64,000 nucleotides of DNA, taken from positions 96,001 to 160,000 of the forward strand of contig CAWFQL010000012.1 of the NCBI GenBank assembly GCA_963817915.1. The letters are read 5' to 3'. The position numbers were made by a program, and so were the translations under genes. Origin of the DNA: an uncultured candidate division Zixibacteria bacterium (GTDB taxonomy: Bacteria; Zixibacteria; MSB-5A5; UBA10806). Below the pieces are notes generated by a model. That model was not told where the DNA came from, searched no databases, and saw only the letters and a list, made by a program, of their open reading frames with translations. Below are positions 49,565-60,166 of this stretch, piece by piece; positions within the stretch are counted from its first letter, which is position 1, and each line of letters opens with the position of its first letter.

Positions 49565-51217
49565 ATGAGAAGTATTGTTGCCGCGTTGTTTATATTGATC
49601 TGGCTATTGCCAGCCTCGGCAGTCTTTGCTCAAGACTCGCTTTTTGCTCCTGTAGTCCAATACCCCGCAGGAATCCTTCCCGCGGCGATATTTGCAGGTG
49701 ATCTTGATGGGGATGGGATTAATGATCTGGCGGTTGCAAACGTTGCTTCCAACGACATCTCAATTCTAAGAGGCAACGGCGACGGCACATTTCAAACCGC
49801 AATAAATTATTTTGCTGATTACCAGCCAAAGCTGATATCTGGTGATGACTTTGACGGGGACGGGGATATTGATCTGGCGGCCGCAAATGTTGATTCTAAT
49901 CAGATCTCAATATTAAAGAATAATGGTGATGGCACATTTCAGGCCCCATCTAGCTATAGCCTGAGGGGAAATCCTATGTCAATGTTTGCCGCCGATTTTG
50001 ACGGAGATGGGCATTGCGATCTGGTAACTGCAAACGCCTATACGGACAACCTTTCAATATTGATGAATAATGGCGATGGTACTTTTCAAGCCCCAGTCAT
50101 ATACACCACCGGGGACTATCCTTCAGCGATTACAGCTTGTGATTTCGACTTGGATGGGGATATTGATTTGGCTGTAGCCGAAGGCCCCGATACTATATCA
50201 ATAATGATGAATGACGGCCATGGGGTATTTCAGCCTCCAGTCCAATACACTGCCGGTTTATACTCGAACTCAATTGTCGCCAGTGATCTTGATGGTGATG
50301 GAGACGCGGATCTGGCTATCGTGGCTACCGAACAAAATAGAGTATGTGTACTTTTGAATAATGGCGATGGCACATTTCAAAATGGCGGCGACTATCCTGC
50401 GGGGACCATTCCAATGGCTGTTACTTCCGCAGATTACGACAATGACGGAGACAATGATCTGGCTGTTTCTTATACTGGAGAAGGCACTGTCTTAATCTAC
50501 CTGAACAATGGAAATGGTGTTTTTGGGGAGCCAAACAGTTTTTTTGTAGGAGGTTTTCCTCTTTCTATCATTTCTTCTGATCTTGACGCTGACGGTGATA
50601 TTGACCTGGCCATGGCTAGTTTTTCCACAGTCTCCATATTGCTCAACCAACATGTTGGCGCCTTTGGCGAAGTTATTGGTACTGTGACTGAACTCGATCA
50701 AATGACTCCGATTGACAGTGTTCTGGTTAGAGCATTCCAAAACGATATTGAAATTGCCAGAGACATAGCCAATGCCCAGGGCTATTACAATCTTGAGGCC
50801 CTCACTCCCGGGATATATGATATCGCGGCTTCAAAAACCGGATATGAAAGTCAGATTCTGCAGGAAATCGAAATTGTTTCCGGGCGAACAATGAACATAG
50901 ATTTTATACTGCTTACCGGGGATTCGCCCTGCTCTTATATCGCAGGCGATATTAATAACAGCGGTCAGTCAAACGGTCTTGATGTTGTTTACGGCGTGAA
51001 CTACTTCAAGGGTGATACGCCGCCGCCATATTCTTGTGAATGCACAACAGGTGAAACCTGGTATGTCGCGGGCGATGTCAATGGCAGTTGCAATTTCAAT
51101 GGCCTCGATATTTCATATTTCGTGAACTACCTTAAAGGCGGACCATCCATGATACCATGCCCATTATGTGCTCCGGCAACATTGTCTTCCCATGCCCTGG
51201 AGGATCTAGCACAATAG
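49565..51217 (+). CDS. FG-GAP repeat + carboxypeptidase-regulatory-like + dockerin-like protein
   Basis: Signal peptide VFA|Q, DLDGDG..DLA repeats, L.PG.Y...ASK.GY, and a duplicated dockerin motif with Cys pairs. No T9SS CTD. Confidence 0.88.
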   Translation: MRSIVAALFILIWLLPASAVFAQDSLFAPVVQYPAGILPAAIFAGDLDGDGINDLAVANVASNDISILRGNGDGTFQTAINYFADYQPKLISGDDFDGDGDIDLAAANVDSNQISILKNNGDGTFQAPSSYSLRGNPMSMFAADFDGDGHCDLVTANAYTDNLSILMNNGDGTFQAPVIYTTGDYPSAITACDFDLDGDIDLAVAEGPDTISIMMNDGHGVFQPPVQYTAGLYSNSIVASDLDGDGDADLAIVATEQNRVCVLLNNGDGTFQNGGDYPAGTIPMAVTSADYDNDGDNDLAVSYTGEGTVLIYLNNGNGVFGEPNSFFVGGFPLSIISSDLDADGDIDLAMASFSTVSILLNQHVGAFGEVIGTVTELDQMTPIDSVLVRAFQNDIEIARDIANAQGYYNLEALTPGIYDIAASKTGYESQILQEIEIVSGRTMNIDFILLTGDSPCSYIAGDINNSGQSNGLDVVYGVNYFKGDTPPPYSCECTTGETWYVAGDVNGSCNFNGLDISYFVNYLKGGPSMIPCPLCAPATLSSHALEDLAQ

Positions 51218-51258
51218 ATAAAATGCTTAAATAAAAAATTGAGTTATTTAGTAATCAT

Positions 51259-51288
51259 TCGCTGTCGGGTTTTCTCGCCCGACAGCGA
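51259..51288. terminator. Hairpin between convergent genes (terminator or REP-like)
   Basis: TCGCTGTCGGGT-tttctc-GCCCGACAGCGA. Confidence 0.65.
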
Positions 51289-51331
51289 TATTTATTTGAT
51301 GAATTAAGTGGCCCGAATTATAGGCCATCAT

Positions 51332-52120
51332 TTATTTAAATATCTCTGCGAAAAATTGCTTCATGGCTTCCCATGAACGTTTGTCGGCTTTTTCATTATA
51401 AGCCGAGCCTGTGGATGGATCACTGCCTGCAGTTGGTATCGTAAAGCTATGCACGGCGCCGCTGTATAATACCAATTGCCAATCGACATTAGCCTTGTTC
51501 ATCTCGTCCTCGAAACCGGCAATTTTCTCAGCATTAGAATAGGGGTCGTTCGCGCCGTGAAGGATCAGCACCTTGCATCTGATATTCTTGGCATCGGCCG
51601 GATTTGGCGTATCAAGCGTGCCATGAAAGCTGACCACTCCGGCGATATCGGCCCCGCTTCGAGCCAATTCCAAAACTGCCCCGCCGCCAAAGCAATACCC
51701 GATCGCTGCGATTTTTTCGGGATTAACAAATTTATTGCTTTTTAGCAAATCCAAGGCGGCGTTAATCCGTGCTCGCAGCAGTTGACGATCTTTATAGTAT
51801 ATTCCGGCCTGGGCCGATGCGTCTTGAGGGTTTTGTGGTCTGATTCCCTTGCCATAAATATCAGCCGCGAATGCGATATAACCGAGTCCCGCCAATTGTT
51901 CAGCTCGCATTTTCTCGTAAGACGTCAATCCCATCCATTGATGCGCGATCAAGATGCCGGGACGTTTACCGGTTAAAGAATCATCATACGCTAGATATCC
52001 TTCGAGAGTTGTCCCGCCCTGCATGTATTCCACGGTCTCGGTGCGAATGCGGGCGGATGAATTGCCGTAAACAACGGCTGTTATGATAATGACCATTGAT
52101 AGAAATCCAATAAACCTCAT
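51332..52120 (-). CDS. Dienelactone hydrolase family protein (exported)
   Basis: GYCFGG nucleophile elbow, HGANDP, HSFT and a signal peptide. Confidence 0.93.
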   Translation of the reverse strand: MRFIGFLSMVIIITAVVYGNSSARIRTETVEYMQGGTTLEGYLAYDDSLTGKRPGILIAHQWMGLTSYEKMRAEQLAGLGYIAFAADIYGKGIRPQNPQDASAQAGIYYKDRQLLRARINAALDLLKSNKFVNPEKIAAIGYCFGGGAVLELARSGADIAGVVSFHGTLDTPNPADAKNIRCKVLILHGANDPYSNAEKIAGFEDEMNKANVDWQLVLYSGAVHSFTIPTAGSDPSTGSAYNEKADKRSWEAMKQFFAEIFK

Positions 52121-52286
52121 TATGTCCTCCTTTAGACATTCCTACACCCGTTTGAAACGACATTAATGGTGCGTAAGTTTCTGCCACACAATAAAAAAAA
52201 CAGCCTTTTCGAAACATTTATCCGTATATATTCATTGTATGGGTATGCTAATAAAATCGGGCAGTTCAAAACATAAGGAGACTGAT

Positions 52287-54167
52287 ATGGCCAGAAAACT
52301 CTTGTTGGCAGGCGTTTTACTTTCAATTGCAATTCTAATGCTATCAAATACTGTTTTTGCGCAGAGCGGCAAGTTGCCCGAAAGGTCACAAATAGCTGAT
52401 AAATACAGATGGCATTTGCAGGATATTTATACTGATACAACAACGTGGAAAATCGATCTCGATAAATTTATCGCTCGGCTTCCCGAATTCGAAAAATATA
52501 AAGGCAAATTGGGAGGATCCGCTGATATACTCTATAGATGCCTTTCGTTGAAGGATAGCCTCGGGATCGTTTTTGGGAAGCTGTATGTCTATGCCGGCAT
52601 GAAACTCGATGAAGATACCAGGGTATCGCAGCAGCAGGAAATGCAAAGAAAAATCGGCGGAGTAAGTTCGCAGTTCGACGAAGTAACTTCATTCATAAGC
52701 CCCGAAATATTATCAATTCCGAATGATAAGATCGAAGGATTTCTAATATCCGATTCAAGGCTGAAATTATATGCGTTTTATATCGAAAATTTGATTAGGA
52801 CTAAAGCCCATATACTTTCACCCTCCGAAGAATCGATTCTGGCGCTCGCTGGAATTGCGACTCGAGGACCTGAGAATATTTTCAACATGATTGATAATGC
52901 CGATATCAAATATCCGACTGTCACCGATTCCAAAGGCGAAAAAATTCAGCTTTCCAAAGAACGATATTATGAAGTAATGGAATCCAGCGATCGCAAATTG
53001 CGCGCAGATGCCGCCAAGGCGTACAACGAAGCCTACACCGCTTATTTCAACGCATTAGGGGCGACTCTAACAAGTTCGGTTAATGACGATTGGTTTTACG
53101 CCCAGGCTCGCAAATATAAAACTTGCCTGGAGCACTCCCTTGATAATGATAATATCCCTGCATCCGTCTTCATGAATCTTATCTCTGCGGTCGATTCCAA
53201 TCTCGCCCCGCTGCATAAATGGGTTTCAATCAGAAAACGCATGATGGGCATTAGCGATATGCATTCTTATGACCTATGGGTGCCGCTGGTTCCAGAAGCC
53301 AAAGAGAAAATTCCGTATGATCAGGCCGCTGAGACTATCCAGAAAGGTCTAAAGCCTCTCGGAAGCGATTATCTTAAAAATGTCAATACCGCGCTTGCAT
53401 CCAATTGGATAGATGTCTACGAAACCGAAGGCAAGACAAGCGGCGGGTATTCATGGGGCTCCTATGCTACCCATCCCTATATATTGATGAATTATAACGA
53501 CAATATGACCAGCCTGTTCACATTGGCGCATGAGATGGGACATACCATGCACGCCTTTTACTCGGATCGGACGCAGCCGTATATTTATTCTGACCCTTCG
53601 CTGTTCGTCGCTGAAGTGGCCTCGACCACTAATGAAGCTCTTCTTATTAAGTACCTTTTGGATAATACCAAAGATAAAAAGAAAAAAATGTATCTCTTGA
53701 CCTACTATATCGAACAGATAATCGGCTCGTTCTATACGCAAGTGATGTTTTCTGAATTCGAAAAAAAGATACATGAAGTGGTCGAACAGGGCGGGGCGTT
53801 ATCATCGGAATCGATGAAAAATATGTATCGTGAAATCTATCAAAAATACTGGGGCCCGGAATTGGTATTGGATGATTGGTCAGGTATCGGCGGCATGACG
53901 ATCCCGCATTTCTACAGAAGCTATTATGTCTATGTGTACGCTACCAGCTACGCCGCCGCTCAGACTGTTTCGCAAAAAATCCTCAACGGCGACAAAAATG
54001 AACTCAAAAATTACATGACATTTTTGTCATCCGGCGGCAACGATTACCCCGTAGAGGAGTTGAAAAAGGCGGGGGTCGATTTGACCACATCTCAGCCGGT
54101 CGATGCCACGATAAAGCTTTTTTCTGACCTCGTAAATCAGATGGACAAACTTTTGAGCGAAAAATAA
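52287..54167 (+). CDS. pepF: Oligoendopeptidase F (M3B) with signal peptide
   Basis: WIDVYE..GK.SGGYS, HPYILMNY, TLAHEMGH.MH, FVAEVAST.NE and IPHFY. AAGGAG SD precedes ATG 52287. Confidence 0.94.
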   Translation: MARKLLLAGVLLSIAILMLSNTVFAQSGKLPERSQIADKYRWHLQDIYTDTTTWKIDLDKFIARLPEFEKYKGKLGGSADILYRCLSLKDSLGIVFGKLYVYAGMKLDEDTRVSQQQEMQRKIGGVSSQFDEVTSFISPEILSIPNDKIEGFLISDSRLKLYAFYIENLIRTKAHILSPSEESILALAGIATRGPENIFNMIDNADIKYPTVTDSKGEKIQLSKERYYEVMESSDRKLRADAAKAYNEAYTAYFNALGATLTSSVNDDWFYAQARKYKTCLEHSLDNDNIPASVFMNLISAVDSNLAPLHKWVSIRKRMMGISDMHSYDLWVPLVPEAKEKIPYDQAAETIQKGLKPLGSDYLKNVNTALASNWIDVYETEGKTSGGYSWGSYATHPYILMNYNDNMTSLFTLAHEMGHTMHAFYSDRTQPYIYSDPSLFVAEVASTTNEALLIKYLLDNTKDKKKKMYLLTYYIEQIIGSFYTQVMFSEFEKKIHEVVEQGGALSSESMKNMYREIYQKYWGPELVLDDWSGIGGMTIPHFYRSYYVYVYATSYAAAQTVSQKILNGDKNELKNYMTFLSSGGNDYPVEELKKAGVDLTTSQPVDATIKLFSDLVNQMDKLLSEK

Positions 54168-54191
54168 AGTCGGTAGATTGCCGTACATCTT

Positions 54192-54226
54192 GCGGGGGCT
54201 TGATTTTCAAGTCCCCGTTTGTTTTT
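54192..54226 (+). terminator. Rho-independent terminator after pepF
   Basis: GCGGGGGCTTGA-ttt-TCAAGTCCCCGT followed by a T-rich tail. Confidence 0.75.
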
Positions 54227-54325
54227 GTTAAATCATAAAATCCTGAACGGAACTTAATACGAATGATTTGATTTAATCATTTTAATAGAGTAATTTGGAA
54301 ATTACTTTATGATAAGGAAGTATTT

Positions 54326-56953
54326 ATGCCCGAAATAGATCCCGTATGCGGAATGGAAGTTGAACCGGAAACCGCCGAATTCAAAACCAAATACAAAGGC
54401 AAAGAGTATTATTTCTGTGCCAAGTCTTGTCTTGAAAATTTCACGGCGGAGCCCGAGCAATATCTTCATCCCAATGTCATAGTCGATGATGGATTGCATA
54501 GTTCGGCATCCAGCACTCACAAGGGCCATTTGGTTCAGTATGCTATTCCTATTTTCAAATTTAATCCCGATAACGTGCTTGCCCAGATGGTCGAATTTAA
54601 TAATCGGATCGGCGATGGCATCGATATCTCCCTCAACGAACGCAAAACCGAAATTATTCTAAAATACGATTCGTCAAAAACTGATCCAGGAAAGCTTTTT
54701 GAGCATCTGGCCAAAATGGGAGTCGAAATCCCCATGCAAAAAACCGAACTGGATATTTCCGGCATGAGCTGCGCTTCATGCGTGCTTAAGATCGAAACCA
54801 GCCTTCGCGGCACCGATGGTGTCTTGTCGGCGGCTGTAAATTTCGGCATGGAAAAAGCCTTTGTTACTCACCTGCCCAAACTTGGATTTGATAATCTAAA
54901 GAAGGTGGTTGAGGACGCGGGATATAAAGTTATTGAGACCTCTCAAATTCCAGGTATTGATTCCGAAAGAGAAGCGCGCGAAAAGGATTATAAAAAGCTC
55001 AAATCCAAATTTATTTTATCAGCCATTGGCGCCGGTGTTGTGATGTTTCTGGCGATGACTATGATTTTGGAGCCAAATGTTAGTCATATAATTCAATTGT
55101 TTATGACCATTCCTGTTATTGTCTGGGGAGGTTCGCAGTTTTATCGTGGATTCTGGTCATCATTGAAACATAAATCGGCGGATATGAATACGCTCGTAGC
55201 TGTCGGAACTGGGGCGGCATTTATCTACAGCCTGGTAGCGACTATTTCGCCCGACCTGTTTGTTTCGACAGGTCATGAAGTAAATGTCTATTACGATACG
55301 GCGGCCGTTATTATAGCGTTGATATTGTTGGGAAAGGTGCTCGAAGCGAGGGCTAAAGGTAAGACATCGGAAGCTATTAAAAAATTAATAGGCTTACAGC
55401 CGAAAACCGCGAGAGTCATCAGGGATGATATCGAAAAAGATATCGAAATCGCGCAGGTAGTTATCGGCGATATTGTAATAGTTCGCCCCGGTGAAAAAAT
55501 ACCGGTCGATGGTAAAGTAATCGATGGCTATTCCAGTATCGATGAATCCATGCTTACAGGCGAAAGCCTTCCTGTGGAGAAAAAAGCTGGAGATAATATA
55601 ATCGGTGCTACCATCAATAAAGTCGGCAGCCTTAGATTCAAAGCCACAAAAATCGGCAAAGATACTGTCCTGGCTCAGATTATAAAAATGGTACAAGAAG
55701 CGCAGGGCTCTAAAGCGCCAATTCAAAGATACGCCGATAAAATTGCGAGCATTTTTGTCCCGATTGTAATCGGTATCGCCGTATTGACATTCGCCATCTG
55801 GATAATGTTGGGCCCGCAACCTTCATTCATAATGGCGCTGATGAACTTTGTTGCTGTTTTGATAATCGCCTGCCCCTGCGCGCTCGGTCTCGCCACACCT
55901 ACGGCAATTATGGTTGGCGCCGGCCTGGGCGCGGAGAATGGTATACTGATTAAAGGCGGGGAAAGCCTTGAGAAAATACATAGTATAGACACCGTCGTAT
56001 TCGATAAAACAGGCACCCTGACGTTGGGCAAGCCGGAAGTCACGGATATTCTAGCATTTCCGCCATTCGATAAGGACCAGGTACTGCTATATGCCGTATC
56101 GCTTGAGAAACTTTCCGAGCACCCGCTTGCCGAAGCTGTCATTAATAAGGCTGCAGAAAAAAACATTGCTCCAATGTATGTCGATAAATTCGCCGCTCTT
56201 CCGGGGTTTGGCATAGAAGGATTCATTGGAAGCAGGAAGATACTTCTGGGCAATACACGGTTAATGAGCGAGGCCGGCATAAATTTGACTGAAAGTATCG
56301 GCGCGTTAGAGAAATTTTCCCTCGAAGGTAAAACTCCGGTAATTCTGGCGATTGACCGGGAGATTGCCGGAATAATCGCGGTATCGGATACAATAAAACC
56401 CGAGGCTATTTCGGTTGTGGAAAAACTCCACCAACGAAAAATCTCGGTTGCGATGATTACCGGTGACAACGAATTTTCCGCAAAGGCGATCGCGGATAAA
56501 ATTCAAATTGACCATGTTTATGCTAATGTTCTTCCCGATCAGAAAGCCAGTCGAATCAATAAACTCCAGGAAACAGGATCGGTCGTAGCAATGGTTGGAG
56601 ACGGTATCAATGACGCGGTCGCCCTGGTTCAGGCAGATGTCGGAATCGCAATCGGCTCAGGGACAGATATCGCTATGGAAGCATCCGATATCACTTTGAT
56701 GAAAAATGATCTCAACGGAGTTATTAAATCGATTGAACTTTCAAAGAAAACATTAAGCACGATAAAATGGAATCTCTTCTGGGCCTTCATTTACAATATT
56801 ATCGGAATCCCGATCGCCGCCGGAATCCTTTTTCCATTGATGGGCACTAAAGGCCTGCTAAATCCGATGATAGCCGCCGGAGCGATGGCGTTTTCATCGG
56901 TTTTTGTAGTCACCAATTCTCTACGGCTCAAAAAGGCAAAATTGAAAGTATAA
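54326..56953 (+). CDS. copA: Copper-translocating P1B-type ATPase with N-terminal YHS and HMA domains
   Basis: DPVCGM..YYFC..SC (YHS), GMSCASC, TGES, CPC, DKTGT, HP, GDGIND, YN and MAFSS. Confidence 0.95.
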   Translation: MPEIDPVCGMEVEPETAEFKTKYKGKEYYFCAKSCLENFTAEPEQYLHPNVIVDDGLHSSASSTHKGHLVQYAIPIFKFNPDNVLAQMVEFNNRIGDGIDISLNERKTEIILKYDSSKTDPGKLFEHLAKMGVEIPMQKTELDISGMSCASCVLKIETSLRGTDGVLSAAVNFGMEKAFVTHLPKLGFDNLKKVVEDAGYKVIETSQIPGIDSEREAREKDYKKLKSKFILSAIGAGVVMFLAMTMILEPNVSHIIQLFMTIPVIVWGGSQFYRGFWSSLKHKSADMNTLVAVGTGAAFIYSLVATISPDLFVSTGHEVNVYYDTAAVIIALILLGKVLEARAKGKTSEAIKKLIGLQPKTARVIRDDIEKDIEIAQVVIGDIVIVRPGEKIPVDGKVIDGYSSIDESMLTGESLPVEKKAGDNIIGATINKVGSLRFKATKIGKDTVLAQIIKMVQEAQGSKAPIQRYADKIASIFVPIVIGIAVLTFAIWIMLGPQPSFIMALMNFVAVLIIACPCALGLATPTAIMVGAGLGAENGILIKGGESLEKIHSIDTVVFDKTGTLTLGKPEVTDILAFPPFDKDQVLLYAVSLEKLSEHPLAEAVINKAAEKNIAPMYVDKFAALPGFGIEGFIGSRKILLGNTRLMSEAGINLTESIGALEKFSLEGKTPVILAIDREIAGIIAVSDTIKPEAISVVEKLHQRKISVAMITGDNEFSAKAIADKIQIDHVYANVLPDQKASRINKLQETGSVVAMVGDGINDAVALVQADVGIAIGSGTDIAMEASDITLMKNDLNGVIKSIELSKKTLSTIKWNLFWAFIYNIIGIPIAAGILFPLMGTKGLLNPMIAAGAMAFSSVFVVTNSLRLKKAKLKV

Positions 56954-56981
56954 ATAATCGAAAGCTTTATAAGGAGGTTTT

Positions 56982-57128
56982 ATGTCAATAGATCCAGTCT
57001 GCAAAATGAAGGTTGAAGAGAGCAAGGCCGCCGCCAAAAGCGACTACAAAGGCAAAACCTATTATTTCTGCGCCAAATCTTGTAAGGAAAAATTCGATAG
57101 GGAACCAGAAAAATATTTGGGCAAATAG
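56982..57128 (+). CDS. Stand-alone YHS domain protein (48 aa)
   Basis: Manual translation: [48 protein letters not shown], with an AAGGAGG SD. Too short for the ORF track. Confidence 0.92.
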   Translation: MSIDPVCKMKVEESKAAAKSDYKGKTYYFCAKSCKEKFDREPEKYLGK

Positions 57129-57166
57129 GCGCTTCGATTTCCGCATAGACGATCAAATGTCAATTG

Positions 57167-57192
57167 TGGGCATCATTTGGATGCCCATTTTA
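57167..57192 (+). terminator. Probable terminator after the copA-YHS pair
   Basis: TGGGCATC-atttg-GATGCCCA followed by TTTT. Confidence 0.55.
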
Positions 57193-57457
57193 ATGATAAT
57201 AGATTCACATTAACTCCCGTTATCCCCAAAATTATTGTTTCCATCTTAGACCGATTTTAGTATTATAGCCGCATGGTTTTGACTCGCTCGAGCCCGCTAA
57301 CTAATTTTCCCAATTTTTCATTGATAGATACTATCCCCATTAGATTTAATTCAAGTTGTCCCCAAAATTACTCACCCATTTATTTAAAGGAAATATAATA
57401 AGAATCAAAATGAGATATTGATGTAAGCGCGAATAATTTACCGAGTAAGGAGGCCCG

Positions 57458-58681
57458 ATGGCAAAAAAATTATTATTGATGCTATTGTTTCTAACATTCC
57501 TAACGGCGACATGCTTTGCCCTGGAGGTAATTCAGGACACTACCGCCGGACCTCCGGCTCCAGCGCCGCCGACCAATGTGCGGGTGGCTGATAAGCCAAA
57601 CGACGCCGGACATGGCCTGATCGTAAAATGGGATTTGTCCATTGATGACTCCAATGGTCTTGGCAACGTAGTAGCATATGATATTCAACGATCAGCCAGC
57701 GCGGACGGCCCCTTTATATCAAGAGGAGTTGTGGCCAAAGGGATGAATTCCTATGCCGATGTCGATGAAACAGTGCCATCAGCGGATAACCCAAGCCTCA
57801 ATTACATGGCCCCCAATAGCACATGGTACTATAAAGTCGTATCGATCTCGGACAAGAATGTCCGTTCGAATCCCAGCGAAGTTATTTCAGGCACGACAGT
57901 TGAAAATTGGATTCATACGGGTAAGATCCCTATTTTTGTAGCCGCCATACTTTTTACTGTATTCATTTTGATTTTCATTCAGGTTGCAAAGAAGGGCAAA
58001 AACCTTTACGTCAGGCCGATCGCCGGTATCAATGCTGTCGATGATGCCATCGGCAGAGCTACCGAGATGGGCAAGCCTATTCTTTTCATTCTTGGACTTG
58101 GTACAGCCGGTGATATCGCGACTATCGCAGGGTTTACGATTCTTTCGCGCGTAGCCAAACGAACCGCGGAATATCAAACGAAAGTAATTGTGCCTGTTCA
58201 AGACCCCGTCGTGCTTGCTGTCGCGCAAGAAACAGTTAGAACAGCTTATCTTGAGGTTGGCCGTCCCGATCAATACAATCCTGACAATATCTTTTTCCTT
58301 ACATCGATGCAATTCCCGTATGTGGCGGCTGTCAATGGCATCATGCTTCGCGAACGGCCCGCGACAAATTTTTATATGGGCACATTCTATGCCGAATCGT
58401 TGATTCTCGCTGAAACCGGCAATATCGCGGGTTCTATTCAGATAGCGGGTACTGATCAAATCGCTCAGCTGCCGTTTTTTGTCGCGGCCACCGACTATAC
58501 ACTTATCGGCGAAGAGCTTTACGCGGCCTCGGCTTATCTTTCTCAAGAACCGGTCCAGCTCGGTACCCTTAAAGCTCAGGATTATACTAAAGCAGTTGTC
58601 ATGGCTATAATAGTTTTGGGCGCAATCGCAATCACCCTCGGATGGACCTTCATTCGAGATATGGTAACTATAACCCTGTAA
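57458..58681 (+). CDS. Fibronectin type III domain plus DUF6754-like membrane protein
   Basis: Signal peptide, FN3 (PPTNVRV...VKW...YDIQRS...YYKVVS), a TM helix, R.IAG..A.DDA.GRATEMGKP, LIGEELYAASAYLS and a C-terminal TM. The DUF assignment is from recollection. Confidence 0.75.
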   Translation: MAKKLLLMLLFLTFLTATCFALEVIQDTTAGPPAPAPPTNVRVADKPNDAGHGLIVKWDLSIDDSNGLGNVVAYDIQRSASADGPFISRGVVAKGMNSYADVDETVPSADNPSLNYMAPNSTWYYKVVSISDKNVRSNPSEVISGTTVENWIHTGKIPIFVAAILFTVFILIFIQVAKKGKNLYVRPIAGINAVDDAIGRATEMGKPILFILGLGTAGDIATIAGFTILSRVAKRTAEYQTKVIVPVQDPVVLAVAQETVRTAYLEVGRPDQYNPDNIFFLTSMQFPYVAAVNGIMLRERPATNFYMGTFYAESLILAETGNIAGSIQIAGTDQIAQLPFFVAATDYTLIGEELYAASAYLSQEPVQLGTLKAQDYTKAVVMAIIVLGAIAITLGWTFIRDMVTITL

Positions 58682-58693
58682 CCTGGAGACACT

Positions 58694-59314
58694 ATGAAAA
58701 GAGAAATTCCATTATTGATTGTCATGGTTACAGGAATACTGATGTTTTTTCAGTATTTTATACCAAGCAATCTTTCCGAGAGAACATTTACCTTTTTGAA
58801 TGATTGGGTAATGGTAATCGGTATTCTTTCGTTGCCATTAGGAATCTGGAGTCTGGTTAAGGCCAATATTCAAAAATTATCTATTAAAGATGAATGGTTC
58901 TATTCGGCGGTCTTGCTCGCTGGCTTTTTTGTCATGGTCATAAGCGGCTTAAAGCCTAACTGGAGAACTGGTAGCGATATGCTGCATGTCACACTTTTCA
59001 ATAATATCCTTATCCCCATCCAGTCTACTATTTTTTCGCTGCTGGCATTTTTTGTCGCCAGCGCGGCTTATAGAGCATTTCGAGCGCGCTCAGTGCTCGC
59101 GACTATTCTCTTGGTCACCGCTTTGATTATCATGTTCCGTTTAATCCCACTCGGTCCGATCTCGGACGTCAACAATTGGCTTGTCGAAAAAATATTAACT
59201 GTTCCCAATATGGCGGCTAAACGGGCCATCGCGATGGGTATCGCGCTCGGCGCGACCGCAACGGCCATCAAGATCATCATGGGAATCGAACGAACCTATA
59301 TGGGTCGGGATTAG
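58694..59314 (+). CDS. Conserved hypothetical integral membrane protein
   Basis: About six TM segments, FSLLAFF.ASAAYRAFR motif, GGAG SD, operonic spacing. Confidence 0.85.
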   Translation: MKREIPLLIVMVTGILMFFQYFIPSNLSERTFTFLNDWVMVIGILSLPLGIWSLVKANIQKLSIKDEWFYSAVLLAGFFVMVISGLKPNWRTGSDMLHVTLFNNILIPIQSTIFSLLAFFVASAAYRAFRARSVLATILLVTALIIMFRLIPLGPISDVNNWLVEKILTVPNMAAKRAIAMGIALGATATAIKIIMGIERTYMGRD

Positions 59315-59320
59315 GAGGCG

Positions 59321-60166
59321 ATGGTAATGGAATTCTTACACAGAATGATGCAAATCGACCGTCGCTGGATTTACCTGGCAATAGGTCTCGCAGTTATTAT
59401 ACCCGCGATGATACCATTTACGGTGCCGGTTTCTGTTTCCACTGAAGTAAAAAAGATTTACGACTTCGTGGAAAATCTTGGGCCGAATGATTACGTAATG
59501 GTTGCTCTAGATTATGATCCATCCTCAATGGCCGAGCTAAATCCCATGGCAGAGGCAGTGCTTAAACACGCGTTCTCGCTTAATAGAAAAGTCGTCATCG
59601 TAACCCTGGCGCAATTCGGTCCCGGGATGGTAGAAGAGATAGTTACCCGACTCGGCAATGAATACAAGAAGGTTCGCGGAGTGGATTACACATTCCTCGG
59701 CTATCGGCCTTATCCGGCCATCACAATCATGCTGATGGGCACCGATTTCCGCGTACCGTTCCCGCAAGATTATTATGGGACGCCGCTTGATTCACTTCCA
59801 ATGATGCGCGGTATCAAGAATTTTTCGAATGTTAAAGGTGTTATTGATCTCACCGCCGGCAATACGGCCGATTTCTGGATCACCTACGGTAATGGTCGCT
59901 ACGATGTGCCTCTTGCCATCGGGATTACAGGCGTTATGGCCGCCGACTATTATCAATACCTTCAGTCCAATCAGATATTTGGGATTATTCCTGGCGTTAA
60001 GGGAGCCGCGGAGTACGAACGGCTTATCGATAAGCCGGGTCAGGGAATGCAGCAGGCTTCATATCAGGTTGTCGCCCACTCAGTTATTATTCTATTCATC
60101 CTGCTCTCAAATATCGCATTCTTTGTCACCCGCAACCAGAAATCAAAGACGGGAGGTGTGAAATGA
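59321..60166 (+). CDS. Conserved hypothetical membrane protein (TM - soluble alpha/beta domain - TM)
   Basis: IDRRWIY, DYDPS..AEL.PM, YLQSNQ..G...G.KGAAEYE and an AGGAGG SD. Confidence 0.85.
   Translation: MVMEFLHRMMQIDRRWIYLAIGLAVIIPAMIPFTVPVSVSTEVKKIYDFVENLGPNDYVMVALDYDPSSMAELNPMAEAVLKHAFSLNRKVVIVTLAQFGPGMVEEIVTRLGNEYKKVRGVDYTFLGYRPYPAITIMLMGTDFRVPFPQDYYGTPLDSLPMMRGIKNFSNVKGVIDLTAGNTADFWITYGNGRYDVPLAIGITGVMAADYYQYLQSNQIFGIIPGVKGAAEYERLIDKPGQGMQQASYQVVAHSVIILFILLSNIAFFVTRNQKSKTGGVK

Noticed and set aside
38310..51217. Cargo array as an integron or prophage island
   Set aside because: No integrase, attC-like intergenic palindromes, transposase or phage genes were recognised.
57013..57213. 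66-aa ORF after copA
   Set aside because: Wrong frame; the overlapping frame encodes a clear YHS protein with a strong SD.
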